From Narcine bancroftii (lineage: Eukaryota), in contig NC_091474.1 of NCBI RefSeq assembly GCF_036971445.1, positions 144,956,001 through 145,020,000 on the forward strand: DNA of 64,000 bases, in the 5' to 3' direction. The position numbers and the translations under genes are program-made. Numbering within the stretch: position 1 is the stretch's first letter; each line of letters opens with the position of its first letter. Below the pieces are notes generated by a model, which was not told the origin of the DNA, searched no databases, and worked only from the letters and a program-made list of their open reading frames with translations. Positions 1-13,060 of the stretch are shown here, piece after piece.

Positions 1-957
1 ATAATCCTGACATCCCTTCTAATTGGCTGCATCGAACAACCTATAGCAGTGCTCATTGATTCATGGTCCTTCAGAAAACAGGACTTGTTGGCATGTCAGA
101 AATCTTCAGTCAGTTTGAAGTGATAAGACTGATTTAGTCATTTCATGCTCTGATGGCATGATAACATTTTTTAATGCAAAATTCCCTTATTATCACTCTC
201 TGAATTTGTCACTAAGCAAACAAGAAAATTGTGAAAGAAAAATAAATACTGGGATATTTCATAAAAACATTTAACTGTGAATAAAAAATAAATCCAGAAG
301 AGAGGTTAGTACAAAAAAAGAAAAGGGTTTTGCTATTTATATATCTCCTTTCACATCCATTTCAGGATGTCTTAAAACATTTTGCAGTTAGTCAAGAACT
401 TTACAATGTAGGAAGCACAACAACCAATTTGTTGGGAACACCCACAAAGAGCAAATTATGAAACCAGAAATCTGCTTAATAATGATTTGGACCTTGACAT
501 CCAAGAAAACCCCCCATTCTTTTCAAAATAGTGCTATGTGAAGGTGTAGTTTAATGCTTAATACTGACAATGGCATGTCTCTGAGTAGTAGGGAAAAACA
601 ACTACAGGAATCCAGACTAAACAAAGAGAACCTCGAAGGACTCAACAGATCAAACAGCATCCATTGATAGAAACGATCGGTCAGTGTTTCAGATTGGGAC
701 CCTTTCCTATGTCACAGTGCAAATTTTTTTGTGAAATTGCTTTGCTGGCTGTGCAGCCCTTGCCCACAGCACTCTGTTACCATAAAAGTTTTAGTCATTT
801 TTTTATAAATATTTGATTTAAAAATGTTTCCATACATGTAATTAATAAATCATTATACAATACAATAATTATTTGAATTGAAGAGAATTTCATTCATTAC
901 ATGATAGTCATCCCCTCCCCCTCCCTCCCTTTCCCAATCCCCATCCTTATAAAGAAG

Positions 958-1029
958 TGTGTGTATATGTTTTTATATATATATTTATATATATATATGT
1001 AAATTTTCATCCGCGAAGCCAAGCCAAAG

Positions 1030-1079
<50 letters not shown>

Positions 1080-1086
1080 TATATAT
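958..1086. repeat. (TA)n/(TG)n microsatellite containing a ~25-bp RTE 3'-terminal remnant
   Basis: TA runs flank tccgcgaagccaagccaaaga, the RTE terminus seen elsewhere in the window. Confidence 0.8.
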
Positions 1087-1249
1087 AGTTTAAAAAAAAG
1101 AAAGAAAATAATAAAAAGAAAGGAAGAAATGTTTTAGCCATTTCAGGGATCTCATGGCTTTTGGGTTAAATCACAAGACCAAATTTAAATTAAAATCACA
1201 AAAGTTCTGGATGTACTCAACATAGGAGGTAAAGATATATAAATCATCA

Positions 1250-1680
1250 TTTCGGGCCTGAGCCCTTCTTCTAGGTTTGAACAAAAAGTAGACAGGCACC
1301 TGAATAAAAAGGGCTGGGGAAGGAGGGAAGAAAGGGCAGGAGGAGGAGCCCGGGCCAACAGGCAAAAGGCCATTATTGGACATGGAAAGGTGAGAATTGA
1401 TCAGGGAGAGGGGTGGGTCTTTAAATGCAGAGCTGGAGGAAAGGAGACAGAGTGAAAGGAAAAGCAAGAGAGAGGGGGGGAAGGAGATATAGGGATAGGC
1501 AAAGGGGAGAGATGGGGCTTGGGGGAACTAACAGAAACCAACACCAATCTCATCTTGTTGGAGAGTGACAGACAGAAAACGAAGTGTTGTTCCTCCAATT
1601 TGCTGGCAGTCTCAGTCTGGCAGTGCATAAGACCATGGACAGGCATTTTGGCATGGAAATGGGGTGGGGAATTGAAGCAA
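1250..1680 (-). mobile_element. Penelope-like element 3' fragment
   Basis: Translation SKLEEQHFVF resembles the PLE C-terminal RKLEEQHLIF motif and is followed by a pyrimidine-rich tail. Confidence 0.6.
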
Positions 1681-3085
1681 CTATTTACTTATAACATTAA
1701 AAGTAACTTCCAATGGCCATTTTATTAAATAATTAACCACCCATCTCTCTTACATTCTCTTGTCTCACAGAATAAGGTTAAATACAGAAGTCAACAGGTT
1801 CATATGAAGGTTTATACCTGGCAAAACTAACCCACCTACTCTGAGGGCAACACTCCTCCATCCAAGTCTCCAGAAAGGGACTTGAATCAAAAGTCTTCTG
1901 ATTCAGAGACAAATGTCCAAACAACTGAATCAAGGTTGAGTAGAGCCATTAATCTTCAGGATAAGATGGATGCTCTTGCACATCTTAGAGTAGATGTTCT
2001 CATTACTGGTCATTTTTATCGAATTTTTGTACAGAATTTTCACTATTTGGGTAAATTATAAACACTACTGTAAAATATAAAACATGGAAAATTTGGGAGA
2101 TTTGTTGCATTTTTTTGCGTATCATGTATAATATAAATTTGGTTAGAATGTTTCCAGTGACACAGTGGAAGACTGACTCAGTGCCATTTCAAGATAAAAA
2201 AAAATACATTGGCCTGAAATTTCCTGGGGGCAGAGACTGTCCAAGTTGGCCAATTACCTGTCCACTAAACTCACTTACTTTGACAGACTCATGGTAAAAA
2301 GCTTACTGGTTGAAATCTGCTTTGATCAAATAAGAAACCACAATCTCCTAGAAATGTTTTGGCAGCCATTTAAGCTACACACCCAAGCCAAAACCAAATT
2401 TCACGGCTGTCAAACAACATGAATATTTGTTAAGATCCTAATGTCAGACCACAGTGATTCGAGATAGCAGTGAACAGCTACAGCGAACTTTAGCATTCAC
2501 ATATTCTTGCATAATCTTGCATAGTAGGGTTTCTTGAAAGTTGCAGGAATAAATACATGCAAGAATATGCCTTTCTCAAATAAACATTGGCCCAATCCTG
2601 ACTGCAGCATTTTGTATTTTCCTACATTTGAATTGACTGATAAAAGCCAACTATTTGTGACCAGAACAATTATTTCACCTGAAAAGTTACAATAATTGTG
2701 TGACTGTTATAAGTGGCTGACACTATTTCACAAAGGTGTAATGCACACACCTGCAATTTGAAATCTGTCAGCTTAGTTTGGCTTCATCATATGTGTAAGC
2801 CACACATAATAATCCTGAGATCGTAAAGTTTAGATTAGTAATGGAGAAATACAATGATGAATTGGAGAAGGGAATAAGAGGGTTGTGCTTATGCTAAAGT
2901 GGATCCAAATTTGGTAGGTAAAACTGAAACAGAACAAAGGCATTCATGGTTATTAGCTTAATTGGTCACATGGGTGTATTTGGACAGCACAGGCTCATGG
3001 CCCAGAAGGTCCTGTTTCCATCCTGTCACTAAATTTAAAAAAAAATTAAAAAACAATAGGTGGTCTTTAAAGAGCAGATATTTGG

Positions 3086-3285
3086 GACCGCAGAGCCCAC
3101 CTCACTGACAAAAGAAAAAGGAGGGAAAACCCAACACCCAACCCCAACCAACCAATTTTCCCTTGCAACCGCTGCAACCTTGTCTGTCTGTCCCGCATCG
3201 GACTTGTCAGCCACAAACGAGCCTCCAGCTGACGTGGACATTACCCCTCCATAAATCTTCGTCCGCGAAGCCAAGCCAAAGAAGA
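3086..3285 (+). mobile_element. RTE (BovB-like) LINE 3' end
   Basis: Matches the 3' end of the longer copies at 39.9-41.1 and 54.3-55.2 kb; terminus cttcgtccgcgaagccaagccaaagaa. Confidence 0.9.
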
Positions 3286-3857
3286 TTTTAGGGAAAATAT
3301 CTGCTCTTTAAAGGCAAGCTATATGTTCACAATGAGGGAAGCTCGGGAACCAAAGTCCAAAGATGCCAGAATGGCAGAGATAATGTGATGAAAAAGAAAG
3401 ATTCAGGTGAGCAACTCTAGCGAGTACCTGATCAATTATGTAAGACGAGCAAAGAAAATGCATGAGAAGAGAATGGTAGATAGAATAAAAGATAAGTAGT
3501 TAATAGTGTGAGAATGAAAACAGCCAGCTGGGAAAAAGGATAATCCATGTACAGAGGAATTAATTTTAGAGAATAAGAGGGAGACTGTATTACTGTGCAC
3601 TGATTTTTTTTTTGTGGTTTTTAAAAGTTAAAGAGAGACTGATGAAGAAATGCTGACAATTTTATCCAATTAAAGTTTAAGAAAGGGTAAATTCCCACAC
3701 AAAATATTTCTTAGTAAGATGAAAGCCCATGAAATTAAAGGGCTGCTAATATGGAAAGTTTAAAAGAAAAACATTTCTTTTGTAATCTTAAACATTTACA
3801 TTTACTTTGTATTACTCTTTAAAACATTTGCTATGTATCCAATTAGTAACCATATGT

Positions 3858-4545
3858 TGTTACAGGCCCAGAGGACCCCAAAACCCAGCAGCAATAGATA
3901 TTCACTATGACAAATAGTCACTTAAACAAAAGTTGCTTTTAATTATCTTTAAACATGAAAACAGGATCAAACTTTAACTTATTACTATTAACTTACTTAA
4001 CCTAACTTAACCCCCTTCTAATTCTAAGCGCACGTGTATGTAATGTTTCTGTATGTTTAGAAAAGTTCTTTGATTCACAGTCCAATCTCACTTCCCATTC
4101 TTCAAAGTTTACTGGTTGCAGGCAATTCTTATATTATGCACAGAATTTAGCATTTATGAAGTTCACCAGACTTTGGTGATTGAAAGGTAAATGGTTACCA
4201 CGCAGGAAGATTCTTGTCACTTTTCAGAAATATTTGTTGTTCGCTGGACACCCACAATTGATTCCTTGTAACCAGCCATTACAGTGTCTTGCTGAAGAAA
4301 CGCCCCATCAGGGTTTTCCAGATGATAACCTCTTTCTTTCAGGTCACCACACGGTTCCTTTTTGTTTCTCTTATTTCAAGTGAAACATTAGGCACCCAGT
4401 CATCTCTTGTATGAACCATATGGGCTTTGACCAGGCTTTGAACTAAGCACTCACAACCCGTCTTCCAAATGGGGTTTCTCCACAAGTTTTCCAGCTTGTC
4501 CTGTTCCAGTCCCAGCTGCTGCGGCTGACTGTAGCACTGCAGAAC

Positions 4546-4584
<39 letters not shown>

Positions 4585-4830
4585 TCACTCTCTCTCTCTC
4601 AGAGAAAAAGCCTGTTTTTCTCTCTCGGCTTGCAAAACCACATGACCCTCCTAGAACAGTAAGTTCCATTCCAGACAGCCTGTGGCTCCAACGAGTTCTT
4701 TCATCTGTTGCCTTTTTGTAAACAACAATCCATTAGTGAAGTCTCTTGGGCACTCTCCAAAGCTTTTGGAAAGGCTCTTGCAGCTGTCCTGTCTAGCATG
4801 AGTGTTAGTATTTGTTTGCTTTTACTTACA
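3858..4830 (-). mobile_element. LTR-like repeat; a related copy lies at ~53309-54250
   Basis: Both copies start tgttac...aggaccccaaaacc...gcagcaatagatattca (reading ...GTAACA on the minus strand) and share an internal (CT)n. The far boundary is approximate. Confidence 0.6.
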
Positions 4831-5480
4831 TTGGCATTCAATACACTTATACTAGGATGCCGCAGGGGTTTAAACACTCACCTCATGTTTTCAATCAGGT
4901 GCTGAAGGCAGACTTGGAGGGGATACCGCTGGAGTGTACACTGATACAGTATGTGGATGATTTGTTGGTCTGTTCTGAAAACAAGGAGCAGTGTGAACAG
5001 GATACTTTAACCCTTTTAGAGATCACAAAGTATCCAAAAACAAGCTGCAATTTTGTGAACAACAAATAGCACACCTGGGCAGACTAATATCTAAAGGAAC
5101 AAAGGTAATAGCACCAGATCAAATGGAGGCAATAATTAAAGCTCCTAAACCTCAGACAGTAGGACAGATTATGACATTTTTGGGGTTGGCAGGATATAGT
5201 TCAGAATGGATTGGAGAATATGGTGAAATTGTGAAGCCACTAAGGAAAATAATGAAGGAAGCAGGAAACACCAGCTTGAAAAATATTTTGAAGTGGAATG
5301 AGAAGGCAGAAACAGCTTTTAACACCATTAAGCAGGAATTACAGTCAGCCCCAGCCCTAGCCTTGCCTAATTACAAGAATATTTTTCACCTATATGTGTG
5401 TCCAATAGACAGGAAGGTTACGTTGCCACAGAACTATTGCAGGAAACAGGCATAGGGAAAGCAAAACAGCCAATAGAAAT
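4830..5480 (+). mobile_element. Endogenous retrovirus pol fragment (RT and connection), class I / epsilon-like, frameshifted
   Basis: QYTYTRMPQGFKHSP...QYVDDLL, followed by FLGLAGY...LQSAPALALP. Confidence 0.85.
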
Positions 5481-5669
5481 AGGGAGGGCAATACAGCTTT
5501 ACACATGGCTAAAGGCATGATGCAGGCAGGAGGACTTCAGGTTTCTGGATCATTGGGCTCTCTTCCAGGGAAGGTGGGACCTGTTTTTGTGGGATGGTTT
5601 GCATCTGAACAGCAGCGGGAATAAGATCATTTTTTCTCCAGATAGTAAAAACCAGAAAAAGCAAAGGAA

Positions 5670-6275
5670 AAAAAAACTAAAAACTAAAAATTAAAACACG
5701 TTGTCTGTACCACAACCTTAATTCAGTCTCTATTTATCCATCAGGATGGTTTGTATTTCATTTTTTAAGGGTGGGGGGGAAATAGATCATATCTATGCAT
5801 CGATGTGCCTCAGGTACAACAGTCATTCTTCAATGAATGTGTCATACTTTTTTCTCAAGTTATAAGTAATCTTCTCCAGGATTTGGATTTGGATTTGAGT
5901 ACTCCATTGTGTAATACTAAGTTGAGAATTGGACTTAATTATATACTTCCTGGCTACCTATAAAGTGATCTTCACAAATTGAATTTGGTGTTTGAATAAG
6001 CTAAACTGTACTTCACTAATATCTCCCAGAAAGAACAAATCTGGGTCTTGTGGAAACTCCACTTTCATAATTGTTTTTAAGGAGTCCCCCAGGTCTACTC
6101 AGAAGGATCTCACCTTCATACATAGCCAGGTGGAGTGGATAAAGGTTTCCAACCTCTACACAGCATCTGAAACATGCATCTGAAATTACTGACTTTGATT
6201 TATGTAATTTTTGTGGTGTGAGGTACAACTGAGGTAGGAAATTGTACTGCACCAGCATGTATCTAAACAGCATGA
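5670..6275 (-). mobile_element. L1/Tx1-like LINE 3' fragment
   Basis: YNFLPQLYLTP...CFRC, the zinc-finger region of ORF2. Confidence 0.75.
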
Positions 6276-6439
6276 CAGGGACTAAAATCCTTTTGAGAAG
6301 GTTTTCTAGTGCTTCTCTGATGCTGGTTTTAAACTAGGTGGTGTTGGATGCTGAACAGTAGTCGATAAACAGAATATTGATGAATCTCCATCCCTTGACC
6401 ACAGGGCGACTCCTGTCCTCACTCGATAATGGCTTGGAC

Positions 6440-7560
6440 CTTTACTGGGTCGAGCTGCCAGCCAGACTAGTGAGCTGCTTGCAGCTGCTGCTTTTTAATC
6501 AGCATGTAAGCTGCCTCTATGCATTTCATCTCTAGGTTGGTCTCTTGCACTTCGGCAATCTGCACTGCCTGCTGTAGTGCATAACAGTGAAGATGGAGGG
6601 ATTCTATCTTCCTATCTTTCTGTGTACCCTGTTGTCCTAATTCTTCTATAATTTCCTGTTGGTGTTTCAGGAGAGACTCCATAATTCAAAGCCCCCCCCC
6701 CCACCCCACCCCCCATGACTCCCCTTAGTCTCAGGAAATCCTGATTTCTCAAGAAGGGGCACCACATTGTGCCGAAGTCCGAACTGTCAGCCCAGTCTAT
6801 TGGTTTTCCATGGTCTGCCAGTAAACTTGTTAACTTACTACAGCCACACTATCATCAGACCACCCAAGAATTCTACTCTTGTTCCCTGAGGGTCCCTTGC
6901 TAGCTGCGAGATCCTTCCTGCCAGGTCTGTTCATGAGGAAGTATGCCATAATACACTCATGCTTGTTAATATAAGTTTGTGATGCACTGTGGTGACAGTA
7001 AGCAGACACAAGATTTGAAAGACTGAACAACAGGTTTTATTTAGACTTATTCTGTAGTCAGCTGCAACTCCGAGTGACTAACCTCGAGGGGCCGGATGTG
7101 GCATATATCCCAGTGGATGATTGGCAACCGACAGGGTGGGGCTTGATCCATTTAGGTCAGCTGATTGACAGCTGGCCAGGTGTGGTCTGTCAACTGGTGA
7201 TCTTCCTGCAGATACACAGGTCACCCCCTGCAGTAGGGTAATGGTGTATCACCACAAAGTTCAAACATCATGACCACGCATGTGTCCAGCTGAGACTCCT
7301 TGAACCTTGATCGCTGTGCCAATTGTCGTGCGTGAAGTGCAACAAGTTGGATGGGTTCAAAGAGCAACTAATCTGGACACAGACTGATGACAGGAAGGAT
7401 CTTTATTAATACAACACAAGGGGATTGCAACAGGTATAACACACACTAGTACTCCCAATCACAAACACAGTATAGTCAGTCACATAAGACTTAACATGAC
7501 CGATACTTATAACTATATAAAGTTGTACAGGTACAGTACACCCAATCACATCAGTCATAA
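6440..7560 (-). mobile_element. Possible LTR end, PBS and gag-like coiled-coil fragment of an LTR retroelement
   Basis: Minus strand reads ...CGACA-AT-TGGCACAGCG (LTR end plus PBS-like sequence, ~7325), upstream of short ORFs 6830-7030 and 6467-6682. Confidence 0.35.
6978..7256 (-). mobile_element. Solo LTR
   Basis: TGTG...CACA ends, 5-bp target-site duplication AAGTT on both sides, AATAAA on the minus strand. Confidence 0.75.
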
Positions 7561-7562
7561 CC

Positions 7563-8370
7563 CTAATTTAATGTAGACAAGTGCAAGGTGTTGCATTTTG
7601 GAAAAAGTAACCAAAATATGACATGTGTAGTTAAGGGGAGGGCATTGAGGTATGCAGAGGAACAGAGGGGCCTGGGGGTTATGGTACAGAGTTCATTGAA
7701 GGTGGGTTCCCATGTAGACAGGGTAGTTAAGAAAGCATATGGTATGCTGGCATTCATAAATCATAGTATAGATTACAAGACCTGGGAAGTGATGCTGCAG
7801 CTGTCTAAGGCATTGGTGAGACCAGGTTTGGAGTATTGTATTCAGTTCTGGTTTCCAAATTATAGAAAGGATATAGATAAGGTGGAGAGGGTGCAGAGAT
7901 GTTGCCTGGCTTGCAGCATCTAGATTATGGAGAAAGATTAAGGAGACTGAGACTTCATTCATTGGAATGTAGACCGCTGAGAGGGGATTTGATAGAGGTA
8001 TTTAAAATTATGAAGGGAATAGATAGACTAGACATAAATACGCTCTTTCCCCTGAGGGCAGGGGAGGTTGGAACAAGAGGGCATAAGTTAAGGGTTAGGG
8101 GGCAAAACTTTAGGAGAAATATTAGAGCATGCTTTTTCTCTCAGAGTGGTGGAAGAATGGAATGATTTTCCAAAGGAGATAGTTGAGGCAGAGTCCCTTC
8201 TGTCATTTAAGATGGATGTGTACATGGAGGCAAGCGGGTTGGAGGGTTATGGGCGGACAGCAGGAGGGGGGAGCTAGATGAGTTGTTCAAGTGAACCGGC
8301 ACAGACTTGAAGGGCCAACATGGCCTGTTTCCATGCTATATACAGTTATATGGTTTTATATATATGGTTA
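7563..8370 (+). mobile_element. CR1-clade LINE 3' part
   Basis: FNVDKCKVLHFG...LVRPGLEYCIQFW...LRGDLIEVFKIMKG...TRGH, with a short tandem tail. Confidence 0.92.
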
Positions 8371-8583
8371 ATGATACTAGCAATTGTGTACAGACTTATA
8401 ACAGCCTTGGGTTATAATACACTAACATGGGCATGGCTTCAATGCTATTTCACAGCCCTAATCCCTGTGTAGTCCACACCTTACCAATAACTCTGACCAA
8501 AGAGCATAAAAGAGAAAGAGCTACTGCATGCGGTGAACTTCATCGTATATAGGCTGGAGGATCCGTACCAGATAATAACTAGA

Positions 8584-8691
8584 TGCCTGTCCCGCATCGG
8601 ACTTGTCAGCCACAAACGAGCCTGCAGCTGACGTGGACTTTTTACCCCCTCCATAAATCTTCGTCCGCGAAGCCAAGCCAAAGAAAGAAAG
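8584..8691 (+). mobile_element. RTE LINE 3' end
   Basis: Same terminus as the other RTE copies. Confidence 0.88.
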
Positions 8692-8746
8692 GGGACACTG
8701 GTCAGATGTCACGAATTGATGGGCGGAGTCCAACCTTCACTGGAAG

Positions 8747-9076
8747 CAATGTTCCCTCTCATTTTTAGTAGTCAGTGTCCTCAAAAAATCTTATGTGGTG
8801 CAAATTTTTTCGTGTGACAAAAATATGTGCTCACTGAATGCTTGTGCAATTGTAAACTTGAAATTTTTTCAATATTATTTTGGCACAGCCTATCTTTTAT
8901 GGCTAATAAAACTGTATTGGCATGTTTTAATATAATAAAAGTATGATTGCATTCTACAAAGTAAGGTGTTTAGTTAAGATTTTATTCCATACCTTGAATT
9001 TTGAGCATACGTTAAATTCCTTTGGGCGCTGGTTGAAAAACTAGTGTGTCACGCACACAGCTAAGAGGGAACAGTG
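8747..9076. mobile_element. hAT-like MITE
   Basis: TIRs caatgttccctct / agagggaacagtg with an imperfect 8-bp TSD actggaag / atcggaag; the paralogous site at ~17270 is empty. Confidence 0.7.
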
Positions 9077-10185
9077 ATCGGAAGGTGTTGCGACTTCCCA
9101 CTAGGTTCCAGACGGAGAGGTCACGAAACCCTCCACAATCCACATTCCCATCAGATTCCAGAAGGAGATGCCGCATAACTTTCCACAATCCACACTATAA
9201 TGGAAACTAGGGGCCAAAGGGACTTTGTCGTTGGAGGAAAATGGGATGAGGTGAGAAGTACTAGAAATAAAGGAAATAGATGTAAGGGTTTATCAACCCC
9301 CAGATGATTAAAAAAAGAGGACATTTCGGATATCCAGGAGTGACGGCCTCATCCTAGTGGACAGCGTGACGGACGCAGAGGAACTGGAAGAAAGAAATGG
9401 GAAGGAAATGGGGTATAATTTAGGTTGCTTGCGAGTCTGTGGAAACAAAGATAGAGGTGAAACATGACGGACAGAGACAGTAGGTTGGCAGATGCCAGAC
9501 AAAGGGAGGGTGAGTGTGAACTCACCGACAGACTTAAAGACAGTTTCTTCCCTGCAGTCTTTCGGCTACAGAGTGAACCCCAAAAGTGATCTCAGGCTGC
9601 CCGTGCTTGGTGCAAATTGTTCTTCCTGTACATTATTGTCCTGTATTGTAAATTGTACTCGATCTGTTGCTGCATGTCATGTTAGAGATAACCTATTAAT
9701 TTGCTCGCAGAAGAACCTCTTTCACTGTACTAGTTATTTTTGTGACAAATAAACAACCTAACTCTCCCCTGTGAGAAATGTTGGCGCTCCCTCTGTCTGG
9801 AGCCAAGTGCAGCAGTGGTCGTATTCTTGTTTTCCAGTGCAGTAAAACAATCGAACAGTAGAGAGCAGTAAAAATGCCTATTTTAAAACAGATCTGACTG
9901 CAAACTCGTATATATCCAACATTTGATGTAAATGTTGTGAATCACACGGTACTATCACAAACTATTCCAACTTTTTAAGTGTGGAAAGTACGAATCTTCT
10001 TCCCTACTTGGCAAATCTTAGTATTAACTTGCAAGAGGACCAGTAAGTTTCGTTGATTGTAACGGTACCTGTCAAAATGATAGCGAAATATCTCTCGAGA
10101 AGCTGATGTTGATGGGAGTGAAGAAAATGTACTTGTGGGCCGATGGAAGTAAATGTGAAGATGGAAGTGGAGTGAGATTGTGTGT

Positions 10186-10190
10186 AAAAA
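10186..10190 (-). terminator. Pol III oligo-dT terminator (T5), present at all 10 copies
   Basis: AAAAA on the + strand directly after the 7SL 3' end. Confidence 0.9.
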
Positions 10191-10486
10191 GAGACCTGGT
10201 CTCACTGTATTGATCAGGCTGCGCTGCGAGGTCTATTCACGGGCGCGATCCGACTACTGATGGGCACGGGGGCTTTGACCTGCTCCGTTTCCGACCTGGG
10301 CCGATTCACCCCTCTTCACACAACCTGGTGACGCCCGATTCCTCCGGAGACACCATATCGATGCCCAACTTAGTGAGGACACCCGCTCAACACAGGCCGC
10401 AGCAGCCCAGAACTCCTGATCTCAAGCGATCCGACAGCCTCAGCCTCCGAGTAGCCGGATTACAGGCGCGCGCCACCGCGCCCGGC
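10186..10486 (-). ncRNA. RN7SL: 7SL / SRP RNA gene, copy 1 (includes T5 terminator)
   Basis: Reverse complement starts GCCGGGCGCGGTGGCGCGCGCCTGTAATCC (Alu domain), contains the S domain with helix 8 CCAGGTCGGAAACGGAGCAGG, and ends GAGACCAGGTCTCTTTTT. Confidence 0.97.
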
Positions 10487-10527
10487 GGGAACCAGCCGCG
10501 CTGTACGGGCACTTCAACCTGACCTCA
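10487..10527 (-). promoter_or_regulatory. Conserved upstream Pol III promoter region of 7SL (present at all nine complete copies; copy 1 shown)
   Basis: Minus strand reads TGAGGTCAGGTTGAAGTG(C/T)CCGTACAGCG(C/A)GGCTGGTTCC(C/T)-G(+1). It has a CRE-like TGAGGTCA at -41..-34 and a pyrimidine at -1. Confidence 0.6.
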
Positions 10528-11215
10528 CACACACTCACACTCACTGTACAGTGTCTCATGACCTGCTGCCGCAAATAATGCTCACTTGCTGGTTATCTTC
10601 CTGAGTTCTGTAAAGACCGGTTAATGCGAATTCGACAGTTTAAAAGGAGGAAAGCTGAACACACACACACTTGTAGGTTATCTACCAAAGTTCTGCACTT
10701 CAAACTCATTGGACCGCAGTTAATACAAATTGAATAATTTAAAAAGAGGGAAACTGTAAACAGGCAATAAAAGGCTGATTAATCTCATCAGCGGTGTCCA
10801 AGTAATTCTCCATCATAGAACATTTGCAAAGCAATTCCGACAAACAGTGAATGTGGTGCATGTACAGTTTTAGAAGTTTTAACATAGGATGTCTCAAAGA
10901 GATTAGTGAGCCCTTAATGTGAAAAATTAAAGCACGAGATCAGAGTACTCAAATGGATTCAATACTGGTTGGCCGACAGAAAACAAACATTAGGAATACA
11001 CAAGTATTTTTCACCTCATTCTGTTATCTCCAACAGTTGCAGGGGAAAGTACTGGGACACGGAAAAATGAATTAGGGAGTCACAAAGAGAGTGGTTCCTG
11101 CAGAACTCAGAAAGATGGTTCTGGGGAGATTTGATTAGTGAGAAGTTTAATGTTGGAGCTGGCAAAATCAGTGAGGATGTTGTGCTGATGCCGAAAGGGG
11201 AGGGCAGTTCATAGT

Positions 11216-13060
11216 GCACCGCCTGCCGCACCTGCACGCCCACTTTCAATGACTGATGCACAGCAACACCCAAGTCTTGCTGCATCTCCCCTTTTCCTAA
11301 ACAGGTACCATTTATATAATAGTCCTCTTTCCTGTTCTTACCTCCAAAGTGGATAACCTCACACTTATCCACATTATATTCCACCTGCCACATCTTGGCC
11401 CACTCGCTTAACTTGTCCAAATCACACTGCACCCTCCTAGTGTCCTCAATACAGCCGACCCCACTATCCAACTTCATGTCATCTGCAAATTTTGAGATAT
11501 TGCTATCTATTCCCAGATCTAAGTTGTTGATATATATGGTAAACAACTGTGGCCCCAGCACGGAGCCCTGTGGTACCCCACTACTCAATGGCTGCCATTC
11601 CGAAAAAAAAACATTTATACCGACTCTTTGCTTCCTGTCCACCAACCAATTCTCTATCCACCTTAATACCATACCTCCTATACCATGCTTTTTAAGTTTG
11701 TATGCTACTCTTCTGTGTGGAACCTTATCATATGCCTTACTAAAGTCCAGATATACCACATCCACTGATTCCCCCTATCCACTGTACTGGTTGCATCCTC
11801 AAAAAACTCTATTAGATTCATTAGACATGGTTTTCCCTTCACAAAACCATGGCGATGAAACCACTACTCTCCAAATGTACTGCGATTGCATCTTTAATAA
11901 GTGATTCTAGCACCTTCCTGTGAGAGATGAGAAAAACTGACATTGCAATATGAACATGAAGAAAATAAAATTGATACATAAGTAAATGAATGAAGCCAGT
12001 GCAAACAACATGAGACATGGATATTAGAAGGCAGGAAGCTGACACTGTCTGAGTAAGATAAGAATCTCCTACAGCAGCAAGTTCACTGACAGTTGAGAAT
12101 AGAAGTAGAGTTAGTCTGACAAGCCCCAGATAGGATTAGCAAGGCTTGCATAAATAATTAGAAGACCTTAGACAGTATTAGCAAGTTATACATATATAAT
12201 TAGTAAGCCATACACAGATTTTTCAAGTATGCATATTTAACTAGTAAACCCTAGACAAGATTAACGAACCCTGCAGATGAAGGGACTGTAGCCCTGAGAG
12301 TCGGGAAGGTGTGAATGGGGACAAGGGCTAGGATGTGAATAAGGACAATGGGAATAATGGCATAAGAAGACACCGACAGGATACCCCCTAGTCCTCCAAG
12401 TATACTGAAACTGCACATAGGCAGGAAGGATTGCCTCTGCCAAACCCATCCAGGGGGCAGAAGAATGTAAGGGGGAGGGTATTCTGATACTGAAATTTAC
12501 TGTATAAAAGTTGGGTGAGCCCCAGTGTATGTGTGTATTCCCAGCACCCAACTTTGCATTTAGTCCTCTTTCCTGTTCTTACCTCCAAAGTGGATAACCT
12601 CACATTTATCCACATTATATTCCATCTGCCACATCTTGGCCCACTCGCTTAACTTGTCTCAATTTTTGTCTCGAGCAATTTCTTTAAAGGTACTTCTATT
12701 TCTAACATTCCCTACGACTGATGTCAGGCTAACTGGTCTGTAGTTTCCCAGTTTCTCTCTCCCTCCCTTCTTAAAAAGTGGGGTTACGTTGGCCACCCTC
12801 CAATCCTCAGGAACTAATCCAGTATCTAAGGAAGTTTGAAAAATTATCACTAATGCATCCACTATTTCCTGGGCTACTTCCTTCAGCCATCTTGGATGCA
12901 GACCATCCAGCCCTGGGGATTTATCCACCTTTAATCCCTGAAATTTAACTAATACAATCTCTCGACTTACAATTATTTCCTTTATACCCTCCCTTACATT
13001 AGGTCCCCGATCCTCAACAATTTCCTGAAGATTATTTATGTCCTCCTTGGTGAAGGGCAT
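11216..13060 (-). mobile_element. CR1 LINE RT region interrupted by a solo LTR
   Basis: YLDFSKAYDKV, GVPQGSVLGP, KFADD; the upstream part NYRPVSLTSVV lies at 12708-13060. Confidence 0.92.
11919..12707 (+). mobile_element. Solo LTR inserted in CR1
   Basis: TGT...ACA ends, 4-bp TSD TTCC, internal TATAAAA; the CR1 sequence rejoins across it. Confidence 0.75.

Noticed and set aside
1-290. Possible terminal exon (open frame 1-123 followed by AATAAA motifs)
   Set aside because: No recognisable protein similarity and no visible splice acceptor; AATAAA is common in this AT-rich sequence.
10391-10486. Primate Alu SINE or human contamination
   Set aside because: The full S domain is present, there is no dimer, poly(A) tail or TSD, and flanks are shared between copies. 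These are 7SL genes duplicated at the DNA level.
10328-10522. Repeated 64-aa ORF MTPDSSGDTISMPNLV... at every complete copy
   Set aside because: It is the antisense reading of the 7SL RNA with a GTG start; the RNA explains its conservation.
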